Shown here in pieces: positions 1-10,442 of a stretch of DNA of 42,245 bases. The translations under genes and the position numbers were made by a program. The notes beneath the pieces were generated by a model. It made no database searches. It was not told the DNA's origin and was given only the letters and a program-made list of their open reading frames with translations. This stretch comes from Callorhinchus milii (taxonomy: Eukaryota). Location of the stretch: NCBI RefSeq assembly GCF_018977255.1, contig NW_024705467.1, positions 1 to 42,245 of the forward strand, given 5' to 3'. The first letter of the stretch is position 1; each line of letters begins with the position of its first letter.

Positions 1-240
1 TTAATGTGTGTCCCCTCTGCTTCATGAGTTAGGTTAATTCCTGGAAGAAAAATATACTGCGGCTTCACAAGACCATCCTCAGCTCTAGTGATTCTCATCA
101 TGCCCATCTCATCAAAGTATCTTGTATTCTGTTTTCCTGCTTCCCATTCTGCTGCTGTTTGGCTTTGTCATCTGTTTTTTACACATTTCATCATGCATGG
201 AACGCATCTGTGTCTACCAGGAACTGTGACGTTCAAAATA
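1..240 (-). pseudogene. Possible decayed hAT (Buster/Charlie, ZBED5/8-like) transposase N-terminal fragment
   Basis: A minus frame reads ...*QSQTAAEWEAGKQNTRYFDEMGMMRITRAEDGLVKPQYIFLPGINLTHEA, loosely like the 'DG..KPQCVxC...LxNEAMKP' BED-finger region. The cysteines are missing and there is an in-frame stop. Confidence 0.2.
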
Positions 241-716
241 GACAATATATAAAAAAATCTAAATTTGGAACAGGCTTATATACAATAGAATTGCACAAGT
301 ACTGACATTCCTGACAATTTTTCAACAACCGAATGCGAGTTTGGGCAAGGTAGAAAAAAATAACACAACAGTCCTTGACCACACCAAGACAACAACACGC
401 AGTAGCAGTCCCTCAATAACACTGCACATAACACTGAACTATTGAGACACGGGTAAGGATCACATTTACAAACCACATTTGCAAATGTGGTTGTATCCGG
501 AACCAATATTCTCTTGGTCAAAGTGTTTATGCTGCTATCAAGAGGAGTAGATTGAGGGTGAGTGAAAGCAACTGGTGAGTTTTGGTTTAGAGAGGCACCG
601 TGATTGGGTCTCTTCAATGGCCGTTTTAAAGGTTTATTGGTAAGAGCAGCTTTATGAACAATGATTAACACATAGTAATAGGCTTTCGCGACCAATATTA
701 ACCATTAAGGTTTGTT

Positions 717-854
717 CTAGATTTGAAGCTTTCGTGACTGCAATGATTCATATTCTTAGGTTTTTTTCGGTAAAGTCAAGTAGGTAAAAAACATTATTTT
801 ATTTTACTTTTTAATGTTTTTACCTACGTGACTTTACCGAAAAAACCTAAGAAT
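717..854 (-). mobile_element. Short hairpin Penelope-like pLTR fragment
   Basis: Inverted arms at ~750-796 and ~812-856. Shares aagctttcgtgactgca and tcggtaaagtca with the copies at 7914 and 14114. Flanked by the 13-bp direct repeat attaaggtttgtt (704-716, 855-867). Confidence 0.75.
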
Positions 855-919
855 ATTAAGGTTTGTTTGGGGGGTAAAATGCCGTGAATATAAATGTGTG
901 ATTGAGGGTAAACCCCAAT

Positions 920-1075
920 TTAAATGGTGTTGTGGGTTTGCTTTCCAACACAACCGGTTAGTGCTGAACTAGTAGCGAATTAGCACGTTTTGTTTACGTG
1001 ACAAACCTTCTAATTGGCTGTCGGGTGGTGGTGACGGGTTTAATGACACACACTTATCTTTACGCGATCTAACCA
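920..1075 (+). repeat. Dispersed repeat, homologous to 4090-4216 and (inverted) ~7312-7390
   Basis: Shared blocks gtgggttt...ggttagtgct..., ggtggtg.cgggtttaa.gacaca...tttacgcgatctaacc. Confidence 0.7.
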
Positions 1076-1247
1076 AACATCCCCCCCCCCCCCTCTCAAT
1101 TATGGTTATGGACAATCACCGGTTTGCCATCACAGTGGTCTGTTGTGCAGCGCGGAGGACTTTGCAACATTTAGGGCACAATGAGAAATATAAGAATAAG
1201 CTTTACCCTTTCTGGCAATTAAAACAGGAGATGTTAAAATATGCATA

Positions 1248-1725
1248 TGTAGTGTTCGCGATTCAGAGTCAGAGTTTATAGGAGGCACCTTCTTTGTTAA
1301 CAACTTCCACGGTCTCGTCCACACACTCTCAACAGTAGCTTAGCCTAGCCTGTACACAACACTAGCCGTCTAACACTGATGGCGCTGACTGAGATAGCCA
1401 ACTACTTTCCTTCATAGCGCAATATCTAGCCGAGACGTTTAGCGACGACGGCGACGAGACGACAGCAACAACGAGACGAGTCCACTCCCAAAACCGGCAG
1501 CCTCGAGCTCCCACTCTCGGCTCCTTTTATGCTACCAGCGCGGCATGGCTCTGCCCTGACCGCGCCTCCCTTCTCGAACCTGCTAGCAGGTTCCAGGTGC
1601 CTCCAGATGGGGTCCTCCTAGTTCCTCCACTCTTCCAACACACCGTGCACACCCTCGGCAGCGTGTGTACTATCTGTTCCCCACAGTTGCTGCTGTTGTC
1701 CACCAGCCGGCGCTATTACACTACA
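1248..1725 (-). mobile_element. Solo LTR (Gypsy-like)
   Basis: TGTAGTGT...ACACTACA 8-bp inverted termini; flanks CATA (1244-1247) and CATG (1726-1729). A minus-strand TATA-like gcataaaagg and the internal sequence resemble the LTR at 6079. Confidence 0.75.
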
Positions 1726-2361
1726 CATGTTTTTATAACGCGGATCCAAATTGGATATATCATGCGATCGAGAAAATGGAAGTACATCGCAGCGTGAGTA
1801 GGAACGAAAGGTTGTACGTACGGCTGCCTCGGCGTAGTATCGCACAAGGCATTGAGATTCTGCTGGATGCTTCTAGACATTACCCACCACGCGCCTCGGT
1901 CTTTGTTCGGCCTGCGTTACGCACCTCATGCTTTATCGCAGATTGTGCGTTATCCCCCTATATTATGTTATTTATTAACCTGATTCTTTTCAAAACGCAG
2001 TGTTTTTCAGAAACGCAACTATAACCGCGTTACAGGAGAACAGAAACTGCTCTATTACCCTTTTGGCATGAACCGGTCGTCCCAAACCCCCCAAAAATGT
2101 CACTAGACGAGTTAGACTCAAGTTTATACAAATCCTTCCGCCGCTTTGTTATGTTGTATATGTACGTATGTGTGTGTGCAGTGACGATTATCTGAACCGG
2201 TCCTGGCCCTCACCTCGTCGATTTAGCCTCAAATGAGTACGTGGTGTGGTGTGTAAACATCGTGTACCGTGCCGACCGTCATATGTGCTATTCGCTAACA
2301 ACACTTGCCCCTATAGTATGTTAAGGTTATACAGGGGATTTTTTTCTTGTGTATGGTGTGT

Positions 2362-2602
2362 GGGGAGCGGTAGTGTAGCGGTTAGCTCGCTGTCCTACGA
2401 ACCCAGCGACCAGAGTTCGATTCCCACTCACGGCCAACACCAGAGCCTCATCTAGGTCGACTCAGCCATAAATGAGTTCCTGGTGTGGTATGTAAAATCA
2501 TCGTCATTGGTGAGACAAAGGCGGTTGCGATCATCATAGGTGCTCGCTGACAGCACTTGCCCCAGCAAGTTGTTAAAGGCTACACGGTGGATCTTTATCT
2601 TT
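2362..2602 (+). mobile_element. tRNA-derived SINE, in tandem with a 5'-truncated relative (~2200-2350) and a further tRNA-like head (~2611-2690)
   Basis: A box TAGTGTAGCGG and B box GTTCGATTC. The body gtcgactcagccataaatgagt...gtgtggt.tgtaaa...cacttgcccc recurs in degenerate form at 2217-2345. Confidence 0.75.
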
Positions 2603-4030
2603 GTGTATGGAGGGGAGTGGTGTCGCAGCGTTTAGCGCTTTGCGCCTCGCATCGTACATAGCCGATCATGCTAATCGGAGGTTCGAGGGGGGGGGGGGAC
2701 AACAAACCGAACAAACAAAAGAAGTTCTTAAGACATTGGTTATTGTTATAGCTCGTGGCTCTCGCAAAGGCGTTACGTTTCACAGACGAGTGTAGTCTTC
2801 AGTTCGGGCGCCGTTGCTACAGCGAGTGGATTTACCCACTGCCCATCATTCCCTTCCTCTACCCTCCCCTCGCCGCTCCACTCCTTCCCGTCCCACCACT
2901 GTCGCCATTTCGTGACCCTGCGTGCCCTCTGTTACGGTCACTCATTGATCAAAACTTGCACACTGCCCCTTGCCATCCTTATCACTCGATTTTTGTGCAG
3001 AGTGCTTTAAACAAATGCTTAAAACTTAGGCTTCAGGCACCTTGCAGAGTTTAAATGCGGTGCAATGTACGTTGAACTTATTTCGCACCGGACGTGACCA
3101 ACTGTGCTCACGTAAAATAATAAATTATGATTAGTAATTGTGAGCCCTTTTTTGGCAAATTCTGAACTTTTGGCAAATTTGAGGTTGAAACCAAGCACTC
3201 CTATTTTTTTGATGAACGTCACAGGAACTTGAACGTGAACCGTGAGGCAGCAAGCGTCACCATTCAACCATTTGTATCCGAAAAAGACATGATGGACCTT
3301 ATTGAGCCAATGCCTGCATCTATTACATTCATGTAGAGGCAGAAACTACATTTTCAGATGTTGACATTTTTTGGTATTATATTTTATTAGTCTCGAGTCC
3401 ATGTTCATTTCATCATTTTCTAGTTTAAACTCGAGTAAACTCACACTGCTGGAACAACAGAGCTGAACCAGACCAGGTCCGATAATATCTCAGAAGAAAA
3501 AAAATAACTCAACACCCGCATCATTGCTCACATTTTATCACGCAAATCTCAAAGTTAACAAATGGCGCTTGTAAATATATATATATTTTTTACAGTTCTA
3601 GTTGTATGCATGAACATGTTTTTTTAGAGAATTAATCTGAGTTTTTTGGAAAGGGAGCTGGGAGAAAATCCATTCCATCAACATTGTTACCGTCCACTAT
3701 CCAGGTCCACTGGAGGGAAGAATGGTGATTGACATTCGTGGCTGAGTCGCCATATGAACACCATAACCACATTTTAGATAACAGGGATTTCGATAATTTT
3801 TTACACCCAAAAACAGCAGGATGTGGAATGCATGGTGTGCATGCACATTGTATGGGCATCGAACATGCGCGTTATGCATGCACATTATGTATGTTGATTA
3901 AAATATGAATAACCCAACCGGTAATATATAGCTTTGTAACAAATATGAATACATTACCCCCCCCCTCCTCTGGTCTTCGTACCTGATTGACTCACAAGTG
4001 AAGACGAGGAGGATGTCTCCCTAACTCTGG

Positions 4031-4079
4031 CTGTTGCCTGATGATGTTGGCTATTAGAATTACCGATGAAACGTCACAG
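4031..4079 (+). ncRNA. Degenerate minimal hammerhead ribozyme motif at the head of a dispersed repeat
   Basis: ctgt..CTGATGA(4038-4044)..weak stem gttgg/ccgat..GAAAC GTC acag; ctgt/acag can close stem I. Confidence 0.45.
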
Positions 4080-4566
4080 TGCTGGGATTGTAAATGTAGT
4101 AGTGGGTTTACTCTCCAGCACACGACGGGTTAGTGCTCAAGTAGTAACTAATCGACACGCTGTGTCGGATGGTGGTGGCGGGTTTAACGACACATTTATA
4201 TTTACGCGATCTAACCCAAAAATAATTTGTTTTGGGTTAGATGGCCAATGAGAATGGGCCAATGAGCATCACACGGCAAAATCAAGCTAATTCCGCACGT
4301 CACATCGCAACATCTTTCTACTAGTACTACACAGTTTGTCGCACAACCCATTAAAAAAGATGTAATAAACAATTGCCGGCGCGTTTACAAATGCCTGGGA
4401 TTTTTTCTCGGCCCAGTCCGTCACAGGAGACAAACAACCCTTCGCTACTCGCCGTTGCACAATACCCTTCCCTCGCTAGCCACATTGATCATACTTCTGC
4501 CACCACTGTGACCAGACCACGAGCCGGATTCTTCCTCCAGTACAGTATGAATAAATATTATGATTC

Positions 4567-4850
4567 TCAAGTTCAAGTTTCAAGTTTCATTTATTTGGTA
4601 TAACCCTGTGAGCCATACGGCTCTTAAGTCGGGTGCAACCGCAACAAACACAATATGAACAGCACATCTTCCAAAAAAAAACGCATTACAACGCTGTGTG
4701 TAAAAATCCCAGTGTGATGCAAGTAAATCACTATGAAAAAAGCTACGAAAACAATATAACAACAGTAATCATCGGAACTGTGATTCAAATTTAATAATAA
4801 ACGATATACATGACATGTACGACCAAACTTGCAGCCATAGCTTGCCAGCA
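4567..4850 (-). mobile_element. LINE 3' UTR fragment (L2/CR1-like), homologous to 25331-25750
   Basis: Clear homology between the two copies (ccctgtgagccat..cgggtgcaaccgcaacaaaca..ggaactgtgattcaaattt). The minus-strand end is AATAAA followed by a (TGAAACT)-like repeated tail. Confidence 0.6.
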
Positions 4851-4860
4851 TAACACTCCC

Positions 4861-5220
4861 AGTGTATGATGTGTGAGTCAGCGTATGATGAGTGAGTCAG
4901 TGTATGATGTGTGAGTGAGTCAGTGGTAGTGTGAGTGAGTGTATGATGTGTGAGTCAGCGTATGATGAGTGAGTCAGTGTATGACGTGTGAGTGAGTCAG
5001 TGGTAGTGTGAGTGTATGATGTGTGAGTGAGTGTATGATGTGTGAGTGAGTGTATGTTGTGTGAGTCAGCGTATGATGAGTGAGTCAGTTGTAGTGTGAG
5101 TGAGTGTATGATGAGTGAATTAGTGTATTATGAGTGAATGGGTCAGTGGTTGTGTGAGTCAGTGTATGATGAGTGAGTCAGTGTATGATGTGTGAGTGAG
5201 TCAGTGTAAGATGAGTGAGT
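4861..5220. repeat. GT-rich minisatellite (gtgtatgatgtgtgagtgagtca variants)
   Basis: Direct tandem repetition visible. Confidence 0.9.
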
Positions 5221-5514
5221 ATATAACGGCCTCCTCTCGCCATCACGGCCTCCTTCCTGCCATCAAGGCCTCCTCCCCTCGGCTCCGTCGGCTCCCTCGG
5301 ACAGGGTCAGTGAAGTGTTCCGCCTCGATTGTCAAGCAGCAAATTCCACAAATTGGCGAGCACATTTTTCAAATTCCCTATTGCCCAAATTCCCTATTGG
5401 CAAAATTCCCTAATGAGTGATGGGTCCTGGGCAAAACAAAAAAAAACTAAATTTTTTTTTTTAACTACACTAACTTTTTTTTCCAGGTATAAGGTCCCAC
5501 TGAGCTATGTAGTT

Positions 5515-5823
5515 CTTTTTCAGAAGCAATCTAGCTGTCACAAATGATAGCTCATCGAAATGGCGTATCATGATGTGGACATCCATAGCAGCCAAATAAT
5601 TTAAGCGCATGATGTTGTTCTAAATGTATACGAAAAATCCGGAGGACCCAGAGAAAAATCCGGAGGACCCAGAGAAAAATCCATGCGACCACCACGGGGA
5701 GAGAGAGAGACACGTATGTAAACTCCAAATATACAGCAGCATGTGTCAGGGTCGGGGGTCAAACCCACGAACCTCCTGTGTACCAGGCGAGGTAATTAAC
5801 ATCTACAAGCCACCGCGGCGCCC
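5515..5823 (-). mobile_element. tRNA-derived SINE-like element, homologous to 22667-22906
   Basis: Minus-strand head GGTGGCTTGTAGATG...GGTTTGACCC (A/B boxes); body shared with the second copy; internal 21-bp duplication at ~5633-5682. Confidence 0.65.
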
Positions 5824-6078
5824 CAGACTGAATATGACCGCCCTGTGATAGGACACCAATGTTGATATGTTTACCCTCTCCCCCACCTACCTTTAGCTCT
5901 CTCTTGTTGGCAGGCCCCATCCCGGGCACTTGAAACCATACTAAAAAAATATTTGAATAGGTGGTTTGCTTCACATTTACGAAGTTCATTGTCGCCTAGA
6001 TGACGCTATTTAGTTGTGTTTAAGGCAACATTGAAAGCGCGTGTAGCCATTGTAGGCTCGCCGGTAATGAATCACATG

Positions 6079-6588
6079 TGTAGCATCAGTGCGCCAATTG
6101 GCGCCTGTAAGGACTAATTGCGGGTGACAAAACAGCACACAAGAGGGGAAGAACTAGGCCAAGGGTCAAAGAGGAGGTCTATCAGGAAGCTCTCAGAACC
6201 CGCGAGAGACTTGCGAAGAGGGACGTGGCAGGGGCGGGGCATGGCCGCACTAGGGGAATATAAGGGAGAGTGGAACGGGGTTCTGGGCACGCGAGGAAAT
6301 CGGGGTCCTCGCCATTGTCGTCACCGTCATCATCATCGATGCTGCTGTCTCATCGCTGTCGCTGTCGTCGCTATGTAGCTGTCTCACTATATAGTTAACA
6401 TCGTCATAGTCGCTATATAGTCTACCAGCTGTATAGTCAGACATCGCCATTGTGGCTGTTATAGTCAGCCGGATATATCGTCAGTCGGAGATACGATTTA
6501 GTGACCGTGTCATTAAAAGTCGTAACTGTATGTCGACGAGTAATAAATGAGAAGCCCTCTCCAGTATGTCTGAAGTTGATACATTACA
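6079..6588 (+). mobile_element. Solo LTR (Gypsy-like)
   Basis: TGTAG...TTACA termini, CATG on both sides (6075-6078, 6589-6592), TATA-like aatataagg at ~6257 and AATAAA at 6542. Confidence 0.85.
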
Positions 6589-6592
6589 CATG

Positions 6593-7260
6593 TGTAGTGG
6601 ATTCAACTGAGTCGCAGATATACTCTTTGGAGGCAACACATTTATTGATATCAACACAAAGGCATAACTGGCCCCTTCACCAGGTAACAACCTATGGTGG
6701 TGGACCACCAGGCTAACTACACTAATCACACTGGGAGTAGCTACAATGGAAAGGACCCCGGCTTGGGTTCAGGCTCACGTGTTGGTGACTATTCTCGGAC
6801 GTCGAATGTAGAACGCAGATCTTATATCTTCAGGATAACAACAGCAACGCTGAACCCCGGTCCCTCTGGGGACTCGGTTTATATCCTCACTGGTCGTGGC
6901 TGGCCCCGCCCTTGACCACGACCACCTTCTCTAGCAGGCTCTCGCCCAACACGTGACCACCCCAAGCCCACATCTGGGGGCCCCTGTGTAGATCTTACCC
7001 GTCACGTGCATTCCAGGGTCAACCAGATTGCCATGGCCTACATTAACCCTATTCATAACCTGCACCTTCACACCCTCTCCTATAGTGGACAGCACTGCAC
7101 GCCGAGCGTGGTGCCACTCAGCACTCTCTATCAGCGCTCACCAAGCCCCTCTAGGGCTGGTACTACACCCACATGTACGGGGTGTCCACGATGTCAATAC
7201 ATCGCCCGCCGTGCCTCTCTAGGGCCGGTACCACATAGTGACATCCGCGATGTCACTACA
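6593..7260 (-). mobile_element. Solo LTR (Gypsy-like), a different family, tail-to-tail with the previous one
   Basis: TGTAGTG...CACTACA termini, CATG on both sides (6589-6592, 7261-7264), minus-strand AATAAA at ~6641 and TATA-like motifs at ~6820-6885. Confidence 0.85.
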
Positions 7261-7913
7261 CATGTATAATTGTGCACTCATTACAGACAATTAGTAAAGT
7301 TTGTCACTTAAAAAACGTGCCAATTAGTTTCTACTTCAGCACTAACCGGTTGTGTGTTGGTGAGTAAACCCACTACAACATTTATAATTCTAGTACCGTG
7401 AGGTTTCGCCGGTAATTAATGTATTCATATAAGTTATGGTGGCTATCCATTAACGGTTCGGTCATTCATAGTGTGTTAAACATATGTTATGGTGCAAATT
7501 ACAACACAGAGGCAGGTCTTGTAGGGGCTGACGCCATAGTTTATTATGGGCTTATGCCTAAGAGTTAATACGGCTTACGCTTAACACGGGGTGGGACTAG
7601 TATATATCTCCCCAGGGTTAAGGGGACTGGGAAACCTACCACCCCGGCTATCCGGGGTGAAGCAGCCACCCTTAGTCTCGTGTTAAGTTATCCTACCCTG
7701 GGTCCCAACTTCCACCCTCTCACGTTCCTGGCTCTCACGGCGACCCCGCCGCACGTAACGGGTCCCTGCTTAAGTACCCCAGGGGAACATGACGTCACCG
7801 CCCCTGTGCACGACGTCACTTCCCGTGATGTCATCGTAACGAAGGTCCACCTGACGTCACTTCCTGTGACGTCACTGCACCAGAACGTGAGCATGATGTA
7901 ACATCACCAACTC

Positions 7914-8177
7914 ATCTTCTTGGTTCTTTCGGTAAAGTCGCGTAGAAGGGAAGTAATAAAATAATAAAAATAAAACATAATAAAATAATTCTCACGACGC
8001 TTGGTGGTGTTTCATTCTTCACCTGAGGACGGCTGCTTGCGTTGTGGCCGAAACGTCGTGAGAATTATTTTATTATGTTTTATTTTTATTATTTTATTAC
8101 TTCCCTTCTACGTGACTTTACCGACAGAACCAAGCAGATGAATCCCTGCAGTCACGAAAGCTTTAAATCAAAATTTA
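7914..8177 (+). mobile_element. Penelope-like element fragment with an inverted partial pLTR
   Basis: 7916-7999 is the reverse complement of ~8054-8137. Flanked by the direct repeat atcaccaactc (7903-7913, 8178-8188). Contains a hammerhead motif. Confidence 0.8.
8015..8064 (+). ncRNA. Minimal type I hammerhead ribozyme motif (Penelope-associated)
   Basis: ttcttcac CTGAGGA c ggctgc-loop-gtggcc GAAAC GTC gtgagaa: conserved core, stem II, stem I, and palindromic ACGT in place of stem III. Confidence 0.7.
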
Positions 8178-8216
8178 ATCACCAACTCCTCCTCTACACA
8201 TATATAATGTGCATGC

Positions 8217-8941
8217 TGTCACATGGCGCAAATAAGTGCCAAGGGAACTGCAATGGAGGGTGGTATCCACCTGTAATAGATAAAGCGGGTCATTTAAAAT
8301 TAGAAACCTGCAGCAAACAAGGTGTCAATCATCATTAATGTGGCTGGTTTCCTATGAATAGGGACCCCACTGCCGCCCACCCCCCACCCCCAGAGGATAG
8401 CGGAGGGTGAATAGAGGAAGACCCCAGCCATTTTTGCTCTCAAGCTGCAGCCAGCAGGGAATCGGAGCAGTCCCAGAAACAGCCAAGCTCCCAGCTGTAA
8501 GTAGCAGCTCGGCAGGACTGGGGTTAGATTGGGGATATTCAACGAAATATATTTTTCTTAATGCCCAGGGTCTAATTAACAGTCCCTGCGTGATTTTTTT
8601 AAAGTGGACACCCGGTGGGGAGCACGGACGTGCAGACGAGTGCAGGGAAGCTGCTTATGACACCGCCCTATTGTGGAAAGGGGCCAGCAGGCGCCAGCTC
8701 ACTTTCTCTTGAACGACGGTGGCAGGGCGGTGGTGGCCCACGATGTGCGGGGTCGAGCTTCACCTTGAAGTCTGGTTTATTATGAAATAAAGATCAAAAG
8801 TTGGTGGTAAACGCCATCTAAGGCTAAACGTGTTAAGGGGTGTGAGTGTTCGGGATGCGTAGGCTCAGGTGTGAGTGTCGGGATGAAGGGGTCATCCTGT
8901 GGCCTATTGTGAGCACAGTGTTGTCCCAGATATATGTTACA
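8217..8941 (+). mobile_element. Possible solo LTR
   Basis: TGTCACAT...ATGTTACA near-inverted termini and AATAAA at ~8786, but the flanks (atgc/gtgt) are not a clean TSD. Confidence 0.45.
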
Positions 8942-9621
8942 GTGTGAAAGCTGACAGGGGAAGCTTATCTACAAATTTAAGAGAAACCAACCCTCTTGAA
9001 TCCCCTCCAATTTTCGCATCGATTGCTCTCTCACTCGACACGAAGCACACTTGACACGGGCATGATGTTGGGGCCGCTGGCCCCGCGGTCCCTCCTTGCT
9101 GCTTGCCGACGGCAGGGGTTCCGTCGTTTGCCGACCCCTCGCTGGTCTGCGACCAGCTGCTGCCGTTGCTGGGCTCATCGCCCGATGGCTCCCTTCCCTG
9201 GTCCGCCCCTCCGCAAGCTCGCGTGAGAGGCATAGCTCGTCGTCCGCTCTTGTTCACCTGTAAATGCTGCGTTGTCTCTCCGCCAAGCACACGCTCTGAA
9301 CGGGGTCAGGGGTCGGAGGGCGAACGACGCTGTCTTCACACCGCGTGAGTCCCTGCGGTGATAGACGGAGCGGGTACCTGCGGACACACCGACTCCCCCC
9401 CCATGCTACGAGCGCACACACGATTAGGTGCCCACGGCGTTCCGCTGATCCGTCCTCAATGCGTACCTCGATGCATCGCACGGACGTCCGAGTCGCTGGG
9501 CTGGAGAGCGTCTCGTGGCCTGACTCCGGAGCAAGAGAGATTTAACCTCGCTACATCCTCTTTTTATCCTATCTCCCCGTCCCAGGGCCCCGCATCCCCA
9601 GCCCTCTTCGCTCTTGCGGCC

Positions 9622-9865
9622 CTTATGCGCGGCGCGCATTCTAAATTAGTCCCATTCTCATGCTCCTCCATAACAATGCTTATGTGCGGCGCTTATTCTA
9701 ATTATGCTCCTCCATAACAATGCTTATGCGCGGCACTTATTCAAATTATGCTCCTCCATAACAATGCTTATGCGCGGCGCTTATTCTAATTATGCTCCTC
9801 CATAACAATGCTTATGCGTGGCACGTATTCAAATTAGTCCTATTCTCATGCCCCTCCATAATAAT
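9622..9865. repeat. 44-bp tandem repeat, ~5 copies
   Basis: Unit cttatgcgcggcgcttattctaattatgctcctccataacaatg. Confidence 0.9.
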
Positions 9866-10442
9866 GGGTGGTCGGTTTGACCGCGCCGGTGCACGACGCC
9901 TTTGTCATGCCAATTAGTCGTCTCGCTCCTCCTCTGCCTGCCTCGTCGATACGTGTGTGTGTGGGGTGCGTTTCAACCGCGGTGGCCGAGTGGCCCCTCG
10001 CCGCGACCTTAATGCCGGTCACAGCGCCGCGGTGCAAATTAGCATCGGGGGAGGTCGTCCAATTCCCTGGCCGCAGGAAACCGTGAAGATTATCCCGGTA
10101 AGGGCTTCTCGGGTGAAAACCGGTCAGCCAGGTGACCTCCCCTCGGAGCTCTATGGGGGGAAATGCGTGCGGGTGTATTTATGTGAGGTGAGGTGAGGGG
10201 GAAGCGGGGTTGGCTCCGTCGTTGGGTGTTGGCGAGGTCATAGATGGGGCGCCCGCCGAGCCGCTTCGTGGCGGCGGCATCACAGTGACTTGGCTGACCA
10301 AAAATTATAAGTGGCTGCGATAAAGGTGAGACTGGAGTAGACAAGAACCAAAAGTGCTATACATGCATAACGCGCATGTGAGATGCACATACAGTTTTCA
10401 TGTACACCATGCATGCCACATTGTCGGTTTTGAGTACAAAAT

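Larger units (their letters stand above)
7485..8198 (-). mobile_element. Solo LTR interrupted by a Penelope-like fragment
   Basis: TGTTATGG...CCTCTACA termini, CATA on both sides (7481-7484, 8199-8202), minus-strand AATAAA at ~7540 and TATATA at ~7601. Confidence 0.75.

Noticed and set aside
276..695. Cys-rich 139-aa ORF as a viral envelope or secreted protein
   Set aside because: No recognisable motif, non-ATG start, interrupted by stops downstream and by insertions upstream.
1130..1324. 64-aa ORF
   Set aside because: Straddles the boundary of the solo LTR at 1248, so it is not a real coding unit.
2362..2435. Possible tRNA gene
   Set aside because: A/B boxes are present, but it continues into a SINE body shared with an adjacent copy and I could not fold a convincing cloverleaf.
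3632..3859. 75-aa ORF / possible exon in unique-looking sequence
   Set aside because: No recognisable homology or clear splice structure by eye.
7485..7903. LTR ending at TGTAACA (7903)
   Set aside because: No TSD there; removing the Penelope insertion extends the LTR to 8198, where the CATA duplication matches.
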